The translations under genes and the position numbers were made by a program. 64,000 nucleotides of DNA from an uncultured delta proteobacterium (GTDB taxonomy: Bacteria; Myxococcota_A; Polyangia; Fen-1088), in contig CAVYGB010000002.1 of NCBI GenBank assembly GCA_963767925.1, positions 992,001 through 1,056,000 of the forward strand. The letters are read 5' to 3'. Shown one piece after another: positions 21,774-30,862 of this stretch (the stretch's first letter is position 1; each line of letters starts with the position of its first letter). The notes beneath the pieces are model-generated. The model was not told where the DNA came from. It was given only the letters and a program-made list of their open reading frames with translations, and searched no databases.

Positions 21774-22799
21774 ATGCCCGTAAAAACCAAGATGCCCGCT
21801 ATCAAGGCGCCCATGAAGACGATCGCGTTCTTCAACAACAAGGGTGGAGTTGGCAAGACGTCGCTGGTCTATCACCTGGCGTGGATGTTCCGTGAGCTCG
21901 GCCACACGGTTCTGGCCATGGACCTTGATCCACAGTCCAACCTGACGAGCGCGTTCTTGGAAGAGGAAGAGCTGGAACTGCTTTGGCCTCAAGGGGAACA
22001 CGACCAGACCATCCTGGGGACCATCGATCCGCTTATTCAGAGATTGGGCGATATCAGGCCGTTGAAGGCAAAACAAGTCGCAGAGCGGCTCTATCTGGTT
22101 CCCGGCGATCTCGGCCTTAGCCTTTTTGAAGATCGCTTGTCGGAGGCGTGGAGCACGTGCCTTGACGACAACCCTGCCAACGCAGGTGACGGCTTCCGGG
22201 TGATGACTGCGTTCTACCGGGTTGTCAAGGCAGCGGGAGAGGCCGAGAAGGCCGATGTAACTCTCATCGATGTCGGGCCGAATGTCGGCGCCATGAATCG
22301 CGCCGCGCTGGTGGCCGCGGACTACGTGGTGATTCCCTTGGGCGCTGATCTCTTCTCGCTTCAAGGATTGCGAAACCTGGGTCCAACCCTTAGGAATTGG
22401 CGTAGCGGCTGGACCAAGCGTAGGGAGGGCCAAGTTCCTGCCAATCTCTTGATCCCAGGCGGTGCCATGAAACCGATTGGCTACGTCCTCTTGAATCCCT
22501 CCGTGCGCAGCAATCGCCCGGCAAACGCCTACCGTAAGTGGGCGGACCGCATTCCCGCCGTGTATGCGAGCGAAGTGTTGAAGGGTCCGGCGCCGGTAGC
22601 CAGTATTGACGCCGACCCGAATCAGCTCGCAATGATCAAGCACTTCAAAAGCTTGATGCCGATGGCACAGGACGCGCGGAAACCGATGTTTCTGCTCAAG
22701 CCGGCGGACGGCGCCATTGGGGGCCACGCCACGGCCGTGCAGACTTGCTACGCACAATTCCGTGAGTTGGCGCAGCGTATCTTGGTCAAGAGTGTTTGA
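21774..22799 (+). CDS. ParA/MinD-family ATPase (orphan)
   Basis: Deviant Walker A FFNNKGGVGKT, DLDPQSNLT and LIDVGPN. Alternative start at 21813. Confidence 0.9.
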   Translation: MPVKTKMPAIKAPMKTIAFFNNKGGVGKTSLVYHLAWMFRELGHTVLAMDLDPQSNLTSAFLEEEELELLWPQGEHDQTILGTIDPLIQRLGDIRPLKAKQVAERLYLVPGDLGLSLFEDRLSEAWSTCLDDNPANAGDGFRVMTAFYRVVKAAGEAEKADVTLIDVGPNVGAMNRAALVAADYVVIPLGADLFSLQGLRNLGPTLRNWRSGWTKRREGQVPANLLIPGGAMKPIGYVLLNPSVRSNRPANAYRKWADRIPAVYASEVLKGPAPVASIDADPNQLAMIKHFKSLMPMAQDARKPMFLLKPADGAIGGHATAVQTCYAQFRELAQRILVKSV

Positions 22800-22987
22800 T
22801 CCCGATGCCCCGACCACCGACGGTGGCCCACCCGCGCCCGCTGACCATCACCTGGATGGCGGCAGGACCGCCGCCCGTCGCGCGCAAGAAAACATCACGC
22901 TTCGCGCGAATCTGACGTATTTTGGGCCCGCTTGACGCTCGCGGAGTGGCCGCGGGCGCTGCCCGCGCCTTCACCGAAGAGGCAGAC

Positions 22988-23563
22988 ATGAGCACCGGTC
23001 CCATCCTGCAATCCCGTCCCGACGGCACCTGTCCCACAGCGCTCGACCCGGAGCCTGGCGCCGCCGGACCCGGTCCGCCAGCTCCGCCGGCCAGCGATGC
23101 CGCCGGCCCCCGGGCCAGCGCCCGTCAGACCAGCGATGGCTTCGACGTCGAGGTGGCGCTGTACCGGGACGAGGGCGCCTTTGGCCTCGAGAGCGAGGCC
23201 CTGGTCTTCTCCGCCAGGAAGAGCGGCGAAGCGGTGACGGTGGAAGGCGCGGTCGCCCGTGCGCAGATCGACGGCCGTTTGACCAGCGTCTCTGCCGAGG
23301 CGCTGAGCTTCAAGGCCAGCGCCGGTACGGTCAACCCGGACGGCAGCGTTGGCCGAAACGTGGCCCTCGGCACGACGATCGTGGGCCTGGAAGGCACGCT
23401 CAAGCTCGGCGCCAACAGCGTGACGGGCGGCATCTCCGCGGGCGCCGGCGTCGAGCTCGGGATCGGGACGCGCGACTTCGACAAGGACAACCGCCCGGAG
23501 TTCTGCGCCCGGGTCTCGGCGCTGATCCTCACGATTGGCTTTTGCATCGAGGATCCCCTGTGA
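22988..23563 (+). CDS. Hypothetical protein with Pro-rich N-terminus and Gly/Ala/Val-rich beta-strand region
   Basis: GAGG RBS; its stop overlaps the next start (GTGA). Confidence 0.7.
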   Translation: MSTGPILQSRPDGTCPTALDPEPGAAGPGPPAPPASDAAGPRASARQTSDGFDVEVALYRDEGAFGLESEALVFSARKSGEAVTVEGAVARAQIDGRLTSVSAEALSFKASAGTVNPDGSVGRNVALGTTIVGLEGTLKLGANSVTGGISAGAGVELGIGTRDFDKDNRPEFCARVSALILTIGFCIEDPL

Positions 23564-24087
23564 AGCCCATCCTGATCGACGACACCGCGCTGGCCGCGCT
23601 CGGCCAGGCGGGCCATCGCTGGAACGAGGGCCGGGCCGCGGGCGTCCGGTACCGGTGGCTGCTGCCGCCTGACTGGGTGCTGGCCGGCACGCTGCCCGAG
23701 AATCAGAGCAAGGGCCTGGAGCCGGTATGCGGGGCGGGCGACCGCGCGGGCCGGGTGACCGCCGTCCTGACTGTCGCCCGAACCTCGGACCCGCCCGCGA
23801 CCCTTGTCGCCCGGGGGGCCAGCGGGGGAGCCCAGCTCACCACCTTTCGGTCTCGCAACGGCCCGGGCGCCGAGCGCGTCGAGGAGAATGGCGGCCTCAC
23901 GACCGTCACCACCGCCCACGCGTTCGCCGCGGCGGGAGGACCGCTGCGCTTCCTCATCGCGGCCCGCGGGCCCAGCGACCCGGAGACCGTCACCCGGCTG
24001 CGAACCCTGGGTGTGGCGCTGTCCCTGATCGACGAGGTGGACGCGACGATCGATCGCCTTCGCCTCGGCGGCCGCCTGACCGGGTAG
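23560..24087 (+). CDS. Hypothetical protein, possible PsbP/Mog1p(DcrB)-like fold
   Basis: GTG start overlaps the previous stop; YRWLLPPDW motif. The fold call is weak. Confidence 0.55.
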   Translation: MKPILIDDTALAALGQAGHRWNEGRAAGVRYRWLLPPDWVLAGTLPENQSKGLEPVCGAGDRAGRVTAVLTVARTSDPPATLVARGASGGAQLTTFRSRNGPGAERVEENGGLTTVTTAHAFAAAGGPLRFLIAARGPSDPETVTRLRTLGVALSLIDEVDATIDRLRLGGRLTG

Positions 24088-24090
24088 AAC

Positions 24091-24549
24091 ATGGCCGGGC
24101 CGAGACGGTTGCACAGCGTGGGGACACACCTGGCGATGCGCGGCGTGTTCGGCTTTGCGCTCGCCCTGGGCGTCACCGCGGTGATCACCGCGGTGGTGCT
24201 GCGGGCGACCGAGGTCGCGGATCTGATCGGCTGCGCGTGGTTCATCGCCTTTCCGGCCATCATCGGTCGGATCGTGCTGCGGACGCGGCCGGTGTGGCTG
24301 GACGGGGACTACCTGCAGGTCGGCAAGGGGCCTTGGCGAAGGCGGATCCACTGCCTGGCCGTTGTCGATGCCGAACATCCCCACTGGGCCCGTCGAGATG
24401 ACCGGATCATGTTGCCCCTGAAGGTGACCCTGCGGGGGGACAAGCCGGTCTTCTTCTTTCCCGCCTACGGCGCGACGGACCTGATCTTCGGCGCCCGCCG
24501 CCACGCCCGCGACCTCGCCGAAGCCGAAGCCGGCGGCGCAACGGAGTAG
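24091..24549 (+). CDS. Two-TM membrane protein with soluble beta-rich C-terminus
   Basis: Starts 3 bp after the previous stop; two hydrophobic helices followed by VWLDGDYLQVG. Confidence 0.65.
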   Translation: MAGPRRLHSVGTHLAMRGVFGFALALGVTAVITAVVLRATEVADLIGCAWFIAFPAIIGRIVLRTRPVWLDGDYLQVGKGPWRRRIHCLAVVDAEHPHWARRDDRIMLPLKVTLRGDKPVFFFPAYGATDLIFGARRHARDLAEAEAGGATE

Positions 24550-24599
24550 TCCCCATCCGTCGATGAACCGCGAGCCGACCCGCGCCTCGGACCAGGGGG

Positions 24600-24900
24600 A
24601 ATTCTAACCTCGAGGGGGCGGCGGCAGCGGAAGCCGGACCGGAACCCCACCTGGTCCGCCGCCGCCGAGTGGGACTTGCAAGCTGTCGCGCCTCTGATCC
24701 GCCGCGCCCGGGCGTCGGTCTCGTCCAGGCGAAGGGTCCGCGAGCGCCGCCAGCGTCCGATCCAGGTCAGGCCCCACGGTCCCCCGGCGAACGCAGGCGC
24801 TGCATGAACCACCAGTGGTGCCCTTCCAGGTCCTCCGCCCGGTAGCTCCGATCGCTCCAGTATTCGGACGGACAGACTTCCTCACGTCACCCGGGCCGAC
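24600..24900 (-). pseudogene. Possible degraded formylglycine-generating-enzyme (SUMF1)-like fragment
   Basis: Frame-broken GSCSAC / GPWGL ... RIRG ... SGFRC, resembling the C-terminus of an FGE-sulfatase domain. Confidence 0.3.
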
Positions 24901-24951
24901 CGGGACGGCGCCACCGCCGACCCGGTCGGCGGGTCGGTCAGGCGACCTCGA

Positions 24952-25596
24952 TCAGGGAGATGGCCGGTTGAACCCGCCCTGGAGGCGCCACTCGAAGGTC
25001 AGCTCGGCGTCGCGGCAGGTCGGGCAGGATACGGCCGCATCGGCCAGAGCGGCCGCGACGCAATCACGGAAAGGTGGATCGATGTTTCCCTCGAAGACGT
25101 CGCCTACCTCGGGCTCCTGCAGGCGCATCCGTCCTTCGCGGATCACGCCGGTCAGCACCAGGCTCAGGTCGACAATCCGGCCGTGCTCGCCGGATCGGAC
25201 GACCATCTGTTCCCCACAGGCCATCACCCGCTGCGAGCCGAGGATGGTCGCCTCGAGGTTGCGGGCCAGCGATCTCGGCTCGGACGTCACGCCAGAAAAG
25301 GTGTGCATCGCCCCTCTGAGGGTGTCCTCCGGAGACTTGCGAGGCCTGGCGTCCGGGGATGGCGAGGCAGTCGCGAGGCTAGACAACTTCAACACGAGTC
25401 TCGTCGAGGTCGGATCCACCAAGATGGGCTCGTCGACCAGGGGGACCGACCGCTTGAGCAACGCAGGCCGGAAATAGATCGACGCCTGGTCGACGTTGTC
25501 GGCGGCGTTCGAATCATCGCCGAGCACCTGGAGCAACACCAACCCCACCACCGCGCCTGCCGCCAGCGCCATCAGGTGAGGAGCCGCCGCTTTCAT
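24952..25596 (-). CDS. Membrane-anchored hypothetical protein with AgmX/PglI-C (TonB-C-like) domain
   Basis: N-terminal hydrophobic segment; pattern C..Q...G.IV.L.L...G.....D..FRDCV..AL. ATGA overlap with the upstream gene. Confidence 0.55.
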   Translation of the reverse strand: MKAAAPHLMALAAGAVVGLVLLQVLGDDSNAADNVDQASIYFRPALLKRSVPLVDEPILVDPTSTRLVLKLSSLATASPSPDARPRKSPEDTLRGAMHTFSGVTSEPRSLARNLEATILGSQRVMACGEQMVVRSGEHGRIVDLSLVLTGVIREGRMRLQEPEVGDVFEGNIDPPFRDCVAAALADAAVSCPTCRDAELTFEWRLQGGFNRPSP

Positions 25597-26233
25597 CGGG
25601 GGGCCCACACCTTGTAGTTGGGAGCTCTCCATCGGAAGATCCCGTCCGTTGCACCTTCTGCCGGGAACGAATGGCGCATCCATTCCTCAGCATCCCAAAG
25701 GCAGCGCATCAACTCGTCGTCCCCGCCTTCGAGCGCGTCGCGCGCGGTCACCCGCGCGACCTGGTTTTTCACCTCGATCGTGTAGGCCATCGTAATGTTC
25801 ACAGGGGTGTCCTCCAGGCCCTGTCGTCGGACGAAGCCCTCACCGCAGCTTCTCCACGCTTTGACCACCTTGGGGTCGCGATAGTGCTTCTTTCCCTCGG
25901 CGGCAAAAGAAGGAATCAGCGTCGGACTGCGATCGTAGATCTCGCTGACGTCCTGGACCGGAATCCCGTCCGTCCCCGCTGCCACGGCCGGCGCCGGCAG
26001 GAACGCTGAGGGAACCCGAGGGGATTTGGTTCCGGTCGTCCTGGCGAGGTCGTCTGTTGGCTGCCTGGCCTCATGGCGACTGACGCCGCCCACCTGCCCC
26101 GGCCGCGCCTCGCTTGATTCGGCGGAGGCCGCAGGGCTCGGACCGCGGTACGACCGGAGAGGATAAGGACGACGAAAGAGACCCGAACCCAGGATCGGTG
26201 ACGTTTCGTCGAAGCAGGCTTTGACTGGCCCAT
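25593..26233 (-). CDS. Hypothetical protein similar in architecture to its downstream neighbour; probably frameshifted near its 5' end
   Basis: RBS GAGGGA before ATG 26233 and TM-like WVRVSFVVLILSG in one frame; the C...ITMAYTIEV...DELMRCL...SFP domain lies in another frame. Confidence 0.45.
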
Positions 26234-26481
26234 CTATTCCCTCTTGCTCTCCCCGTTTTGAAGTCGCTCCCCCACGTTGGCACTGGCGAAGCAATCGCAG
26301 TGCCACGTGGCAAATAACAATTATGAGGAGCAGCATCGACGAAAATCCCGATTTTCTGCGGTCGAGATCGCGACGCTCATCTCGAACCGGGTGTCGGTTT
26401 CATCGCCGGAAACGTAACCGATGGTCTCTTGAACCGGGTGAAGGCAGGCCGCGACCACCTGCATGCGGGGACCGGGGCTCC

Positions 26482-27475
26482 TCAGAGAGGGCGGTACATC
26501 CAGATGCTGGGGATCTCGATCCCGAAGCCGGCCTTGCGGTAGGCGCGGCGGGCGGGGGCGTGGCTGGGGTCGCCGCCGGTGCCGACGGTGGCCACGGTCA
26601 TGCCGGCCTCCTTCATGCGTTTCGCCGCGAGCTGGTACATCGCGGTGCCGAACCCCTGGCCGGCGTGGACGGGGTCGACGGCGTTGAGGCCGATCTCGCC
26701 GATCCGGCGCTCGCGGTCGAGGCGGATCGACACGAAGCCCACGACCACCTCGCCGGATCGGGCGACAAGCAGCTCCCAGCCCGAGTCGGCCTTCATCAGC
26801 GATTCAAGCAGGCCCGCCTGCGCCTCGTCCTCTCGCCGTTGCGTCTGCTCGTACAGGCCCTCGCCGAGGATCGCGCGGAAGGAGGCGAACACGGGGGCGA
26901 AGGCGGCCCGGCGGATGGCCTGCAAACGGGTGACATGCTCGGGGCGGGCCGCGGCGAGGTCGAGCGCGGGCCCGGGTGACGGCCGGGGGGCGCTCGCGCG
27001 AGCGGGGACCGCGGCGGCGCTGGCCGCGATCGACTGGGCGGCGGGGGGGCCGACCTTGACCGACAGCTCACCCACCGTGGCCGCGTCGATGTGGGCCGAG
27101 CGAAAGCCGTTGGCGGGATCGCGCACCCAGGCCCGGTAGTCGGCGTGGTCGGCGGGAAAGACGGCGGCGTTCCCGCACAGGGCCACCGCGCCGGGGCGCA
27201 TGTGCGGCGCCACGAGCTGCAGCACCGGCAAGGTGAAGCGGGGAAAGCCATCGTTGAGGAGGAGATCGACCGGACCTTCCAGCTCGCGCAAGGTCTCGCA
27301 GGCGTCGCCCACCCGGATCTCGACGAGCTCGCTCAGGCCCGCCTCCTCGAGGTTGGCCCGGGACCGGGCGGCCTTTTCGGGCACGAGCTCGGTGCTCACC
27401 ACCCGACCGCCCCCGCTGTCTCGCACCGCCAGGGCGAGGTAGATGGTCGAGATCCCGAAGGAGGTGCCGACCCCG
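26482..27475 (-). pseudogene. O-methyltransferase plus GNAT acetyltransferase fusion, 5'-truncated
   Basis: VGTSFGISTIYLA, VVSTE, NLEEAGL..VEIRVGDA and VDLLLND, then GNAT motifs IGLNAVDP.HAGQGFG and ARRAYRKAGF. No start codon or N-terminus before the SAM motif. Confidence 0.8.
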
Positions 27476-27493
27476 CCGCCCGGCGCGCACCCC

Positions 27494-28090
27494 CCTCCGG
27501 CCCCGAAAAACCCCGCAGCAGGAGCGTTCGCGGCGCATGGACGAGGATCTGCTGGAGGCGGCAGCTCGCGTTCTGGCCCGGGAGGGCGCCGCGCGGTTCA
27601 CCACCAACCGGGTGGCCGAGGCGGCGGGCGTGAGCGTCGGCTCGCTCTATCAGTACTACCCCAACAAGGCCGCCCTGCTGCTGCGGCTGCACGAGCGCGA
27701 GGCCGAGCGGCTCTGGACCGAGCTGAACGCGGTGCTCGACGACCGGGCCACCGCGCCGGGCGAGCGACTCGCCCGGATCGTGCACGGCTTTTTCCAGGTC
27801 CAGGGCGCCGCCGCCGACCACCACCTCGCGCTGCAGGAGGCCCAGGCGCTCATCTCCGACACGCCCGGCTTCCAGGCCAGGCCTTCGAGGACCGGGTGGC
27901 CGCGCGCCTCGCTGCCTTCCTGCGCGAGGCCGGCTGTCCGGCGAGCGAGGCCACCTTCCTGGCGGGCTTCACCTTCACGGTCCTGACCGGGATCGGCGAG
28001 CGGATCGGCACCCGGCGCCGGTCGCGGCGCGAGCTCGACCGCCTGGCGGAGGCCACCACCCGCATGTTGATCGGGTTCCTGAGGCTGTGA
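27494..28090 (+). pseudogene. TetR-family regulator with a frameshift from a 5-bp duplication near 27875-27883
   Basis: RPRKTPQQERSR, FTTNRVAEAAGVSVGSLYQYYPNK; TTCCAGGCC-AGGCC-TTCGAG shifts the frame before AFEDRVAARL. Confidence 0.85.
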
Positions 28091-28110
28091 CCGGGCCTCG
28101 AGAGCGGCGG

Positions 28111-30792
28111 CTAGAGCTTGATGTTCTCCTCGGGGGGCGGGAGGAACTCGGAGGGGAGCGAGATCGCGGCGTCGGCCGGGGGGCGGGGGGCCTCCTGGCT
28201 CTGGGCGGGCATGGTGGCCGAGGTGGACTGGGCGGGCATGGTGGCGGAGATGGAGCGGGCCGCTACCACCTCGGGGTCGTTGTCGAGGGCGCGGGAGACG
28301 TCGTCGACCTTGCGCTCCCAGTCGAGGTTGATGGCGATGACGTGGGCCTTCTTCTTGACCACCACGTGGGTCTTCTCGATCAGCATGTTGCCCACCTGCA
28401 CGCGGAGGATGCGCTGGCCCATCGCCACCTTGAGCACCGCCAGCCCCTCGTCGTTGGTCTTGGTCCCCCTGTCCTTGTCGTTGTCCAGCCAGACCGCCGC
28501 CCCGGCCAGGGGCTTGCTCTTGTCCTGGACCGTGACGTGAAACTCCGCCGAGCTGATGGTGACCGCGAAGCTCACCGTCGAGGACTGCCGGGGGGCCACC
28601 TCGATCGCCACGCAATATTCCTCGCCGCTGAGGATGTGGCCGATCTTGCCGGTCTTGTAGGTGCCGTAAAGGTGCACGAACCAGCGCCCCGGCTTGACCC
28701 GCTCGAAGGTCGTGGTGGCTTCGACGACCCGGGCAAAATGTTTGAGCTTGCTGCGGGCCCCCTTGTCGAACTCCTCGGCGTATTGCTTGGCGTCCGGCAC
28801 CTTGGGGGGGCGGGCCGACTGCGACAGCAGCAAGCTGAAGCGCCGCTCGGTGGCGTCGTTGGCCGCCACCCGCACCGTCACCTCGCCCGCCCGCCGCCAC
28901 ATCCGGATCAGCAGGATCGGGATCAGCAGCGCCGCGGCCAGGGCGATGATCGGCACGGCGTTGACCAGCAGGATGCCGTTGCCCATGCCGGCCACCACGC
29001 CCCGGGTGCGGTAGGCGGTGGCGCTGGCGCCGTCGAAGAGGATCAGCTCCACCTCGACGTCCATGCCGCGCGACTGCGCGCTGTGCACGACAATCAGGTC
29101 GGCGCCCCGCTGCTCGACGAGGTTGCCGAGGTACGGCTCGGTCAGGTTCCCGGGCGTCACCGTCTCCGACCCCGTCCCCGGCGCCACCAGCGACATGTCG
29201 TAGGGCTTGCCCCAGGCCGCCCGCCACAGCCCCAGCTCCAGCCGGGGCCGGCGGACCTGGAAGGGCAGATACCAGGTGGCCTCGCTCTGCTCCTTGGCCA
29301 CCACCACCACCCGCTGCCCGAACTGCTCCTGCAGCACCCCGAAGCTGCTCAGCAGCGTGCGGAGCTGGGCGGCCAGCGGCTCGAGCTCCGGGTCGGCGGG
29401 CTTCACGTCGACCCCGCCCAGCCGCAGCTTCTCCGCCACCCCCACCCGCTTGTCGATCGCCTGCCCGACCGCCTTGCTGGCGCCGGCCGCCCGGGGCCCG
29501 ATCGCGTCGAGCTTGTCCTTGACCGCGTGCAGCTCCGCGCTCTCCAGCTTGTCGGGCTGGGCCAGGGGCAAGGCCCGCTCGACCTGCACGCCGCCCTTCA
29601 GGGCCCGCGTCCCCACCGCCACGGCGATCTCCGGGTCCTTGGCCGCGGTCCGCTCGGCCGCGCCCAGCGCCGCCATCTCGAGCTCGTCAGGCAGGGCGTT
29701 CGGCGGGGCCCCCGACATGAAGGCCAGGGTCGGCCGGGCGTCGCTGTCCGGATCGTTGAGCGCCATGGCCAGCGCCTCGATCTGCTCGTCCTCGCTGACC
29801 TTGCCGGTCAGCCCCTTGCGGTCGGGGGAATAGCGCCGCTTGACCAGCAGCGCGACGTTGGCAGTGGCGGCGAACGGGTCGCGCGACTTCTTGATGCCGT
29901 CGAACTCGTTGATGGCCGCCTCGACGTCGCCCATCCCGGCCAGCGCCCGGACCTTGCCCGCCCGGGCCTGCACGTGGGCCGGCTCGGCCTTGAGGATCTC
30001 CTCGGCGGTCACCCGGGCGCCGCCGTTGTCCCCCGCCAGCAACGACATCTGCATGCGGGCCGGGGGCGCGACCTGGGGGTTGGCGGCCAGCGTCTCGACG
30101 ATCTCCCTGGCCGCGAGGACGGTGGTGCCGGGCCGAGGATCGGCCGCCTGCAAGGTGCCGGCCGCCGCCTGGGCGTCGCCGCCGTTCATCTGGGCCCGGG
30201 CCCGCGCGTAGGGACGCAGCGACTCCAGGGGAACCGGCGGGCGCTCGAGCACGGTCATGCCCAGCCGCACGGCCAGGCGCTCGGCCAGCTTGCGGGCCAG
30301 CTCGTTCAGCTCGCCCCGCGGGACCTGCACCGCCACGCTGCTCAGGCGATCCCCCTCGGGACCGAGCACCTGGCCGCGCACCTCCCAGCGCAGCTCGTCG
30401 ACGGTCAGCCGGCCCAGGAAGGTGCGGTCGGCGGTGAGCCGCTCCATCAGCGGCTTGGCCTGCGCGGGATCGACGATCAGCACCTCCCGGCGGCGCCCGC
30501 CGTTGAGCACCTCGAGCGCCAGCGACAGCTCGCGCGTCGGGACCAGCCCGCGCTGCCCCGGCCCCAGCATCGACCGGACCAGCAGGTCGATCGACCCGGC
30601 CAGCTCGCTCTCCGCGGGCGGGGCCTCGATCGACGAGAGGACGACCCCCACCGGGGCGGCGGCCTCGGCCCGGGCCATCACCTCCAGCCATGCTCCCAGG
30701 AACACCCCGACCCCAAGCAGCGAAAACCGGGCTGGCACCGTCCACCCTCCTTGTTCCCTGGCTTCAGACGTACATCGCGGGAAACACCACAC
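28111..30792 (-). CDS. Large single-pass membrane protein with TPR-like region and C-terminal carboxypeptidase-regulatory/PEGA-like beta domain
   Basis: Signal-like N-terminus, helical repeats, TM ILLVNAVPIIALAAALLIPILLI, and PLAGAAVWLD...KTNDEG. Start uncertain. Confidence 0.65.
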   Translation of the reverse strand: MWCFPRCTSEAREQGGWTVPARFSLLGVGVFLGAWLEVMARAEAAAPVGVVLSSIEAPPAESELAGSIDLLVRSMLGPGQRGLVPTRELSLALEVLNGGRRREVLIVDPAQAKPLMERLTADRTFLGRLTVDELRWEVRGQVLGPEGDRLSSVAVQVPRGELNELARKLAERLAVRLGMTVLERPPVPLESLRPYARARAQMNGGDAQAAAGTLQAADPRPGTTVLAAREIVETLAANPQVAPPARMQMSLLAGDNGGARVTAEEILKAEPAHVQARAGKVRALAGMGDVEAAINEFDGIKKSRDPFAATANVALLVKRRYSPDRKGLTGKVSEDEQIEALAMALNDPDSDARPTLAFMSGAPPNALPDELEMAALGAAERTAAKDPEIAVAVGTRALKGGVQVERALPLAQPDKLESAELHAVKDKLDAIGPRAAGASKAVGQAIDKRVGVAEKLRLGGVDVKPADPELEPLAAQLRTLLSSFGVLQEQFGQRVVVVAKEQSEATWYLPFQVRRPRLELGLWRAAWGKPYDMSLVAPGTGSETVTPGNLTEPYLGNLVEQRGADLIVVHSAQSRGMDVEVELILFDGASATAYRTRGVVAGMGNGILLVNAVPIIALAAALLIPILLIRMWRRAGEVTVRVAANDATERRFSLLLSQSARPPKVPDAKQYAEEFDKGARSKLKHFARVVEATTTFERVKPGRWFVHLYGTYKTGKIGHILSGEEYCVAIEVAPRQSSTVSFAVTISSAEFHVTVQDKSKPLAGAAVWLDNDKDRGTKTNDEGLAVLKVAMGQRILRVQVGNMLIEKTHVVVKKKAHVIAINLDWERKVDDVSRALDNDPEVVAARSISATMPAQSTSATMPAQSQEAPRPPADAAISLPSEFLPPPEENIKL

Positions 30793-30862
30793 CCGGACCC
30801 GCTGTCGAGCCCACCCGTAATCGTCAGGACGGGGCCCCTGCTTGAAGCGGGGCCCGCGCCCG

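Noticed and set aside
21774..22799. Chromosome or plasmid partition locus
   Set aside because: No parB, parS-like site or replication gene nearby; it is paired with an AlbA_2 protein instead.
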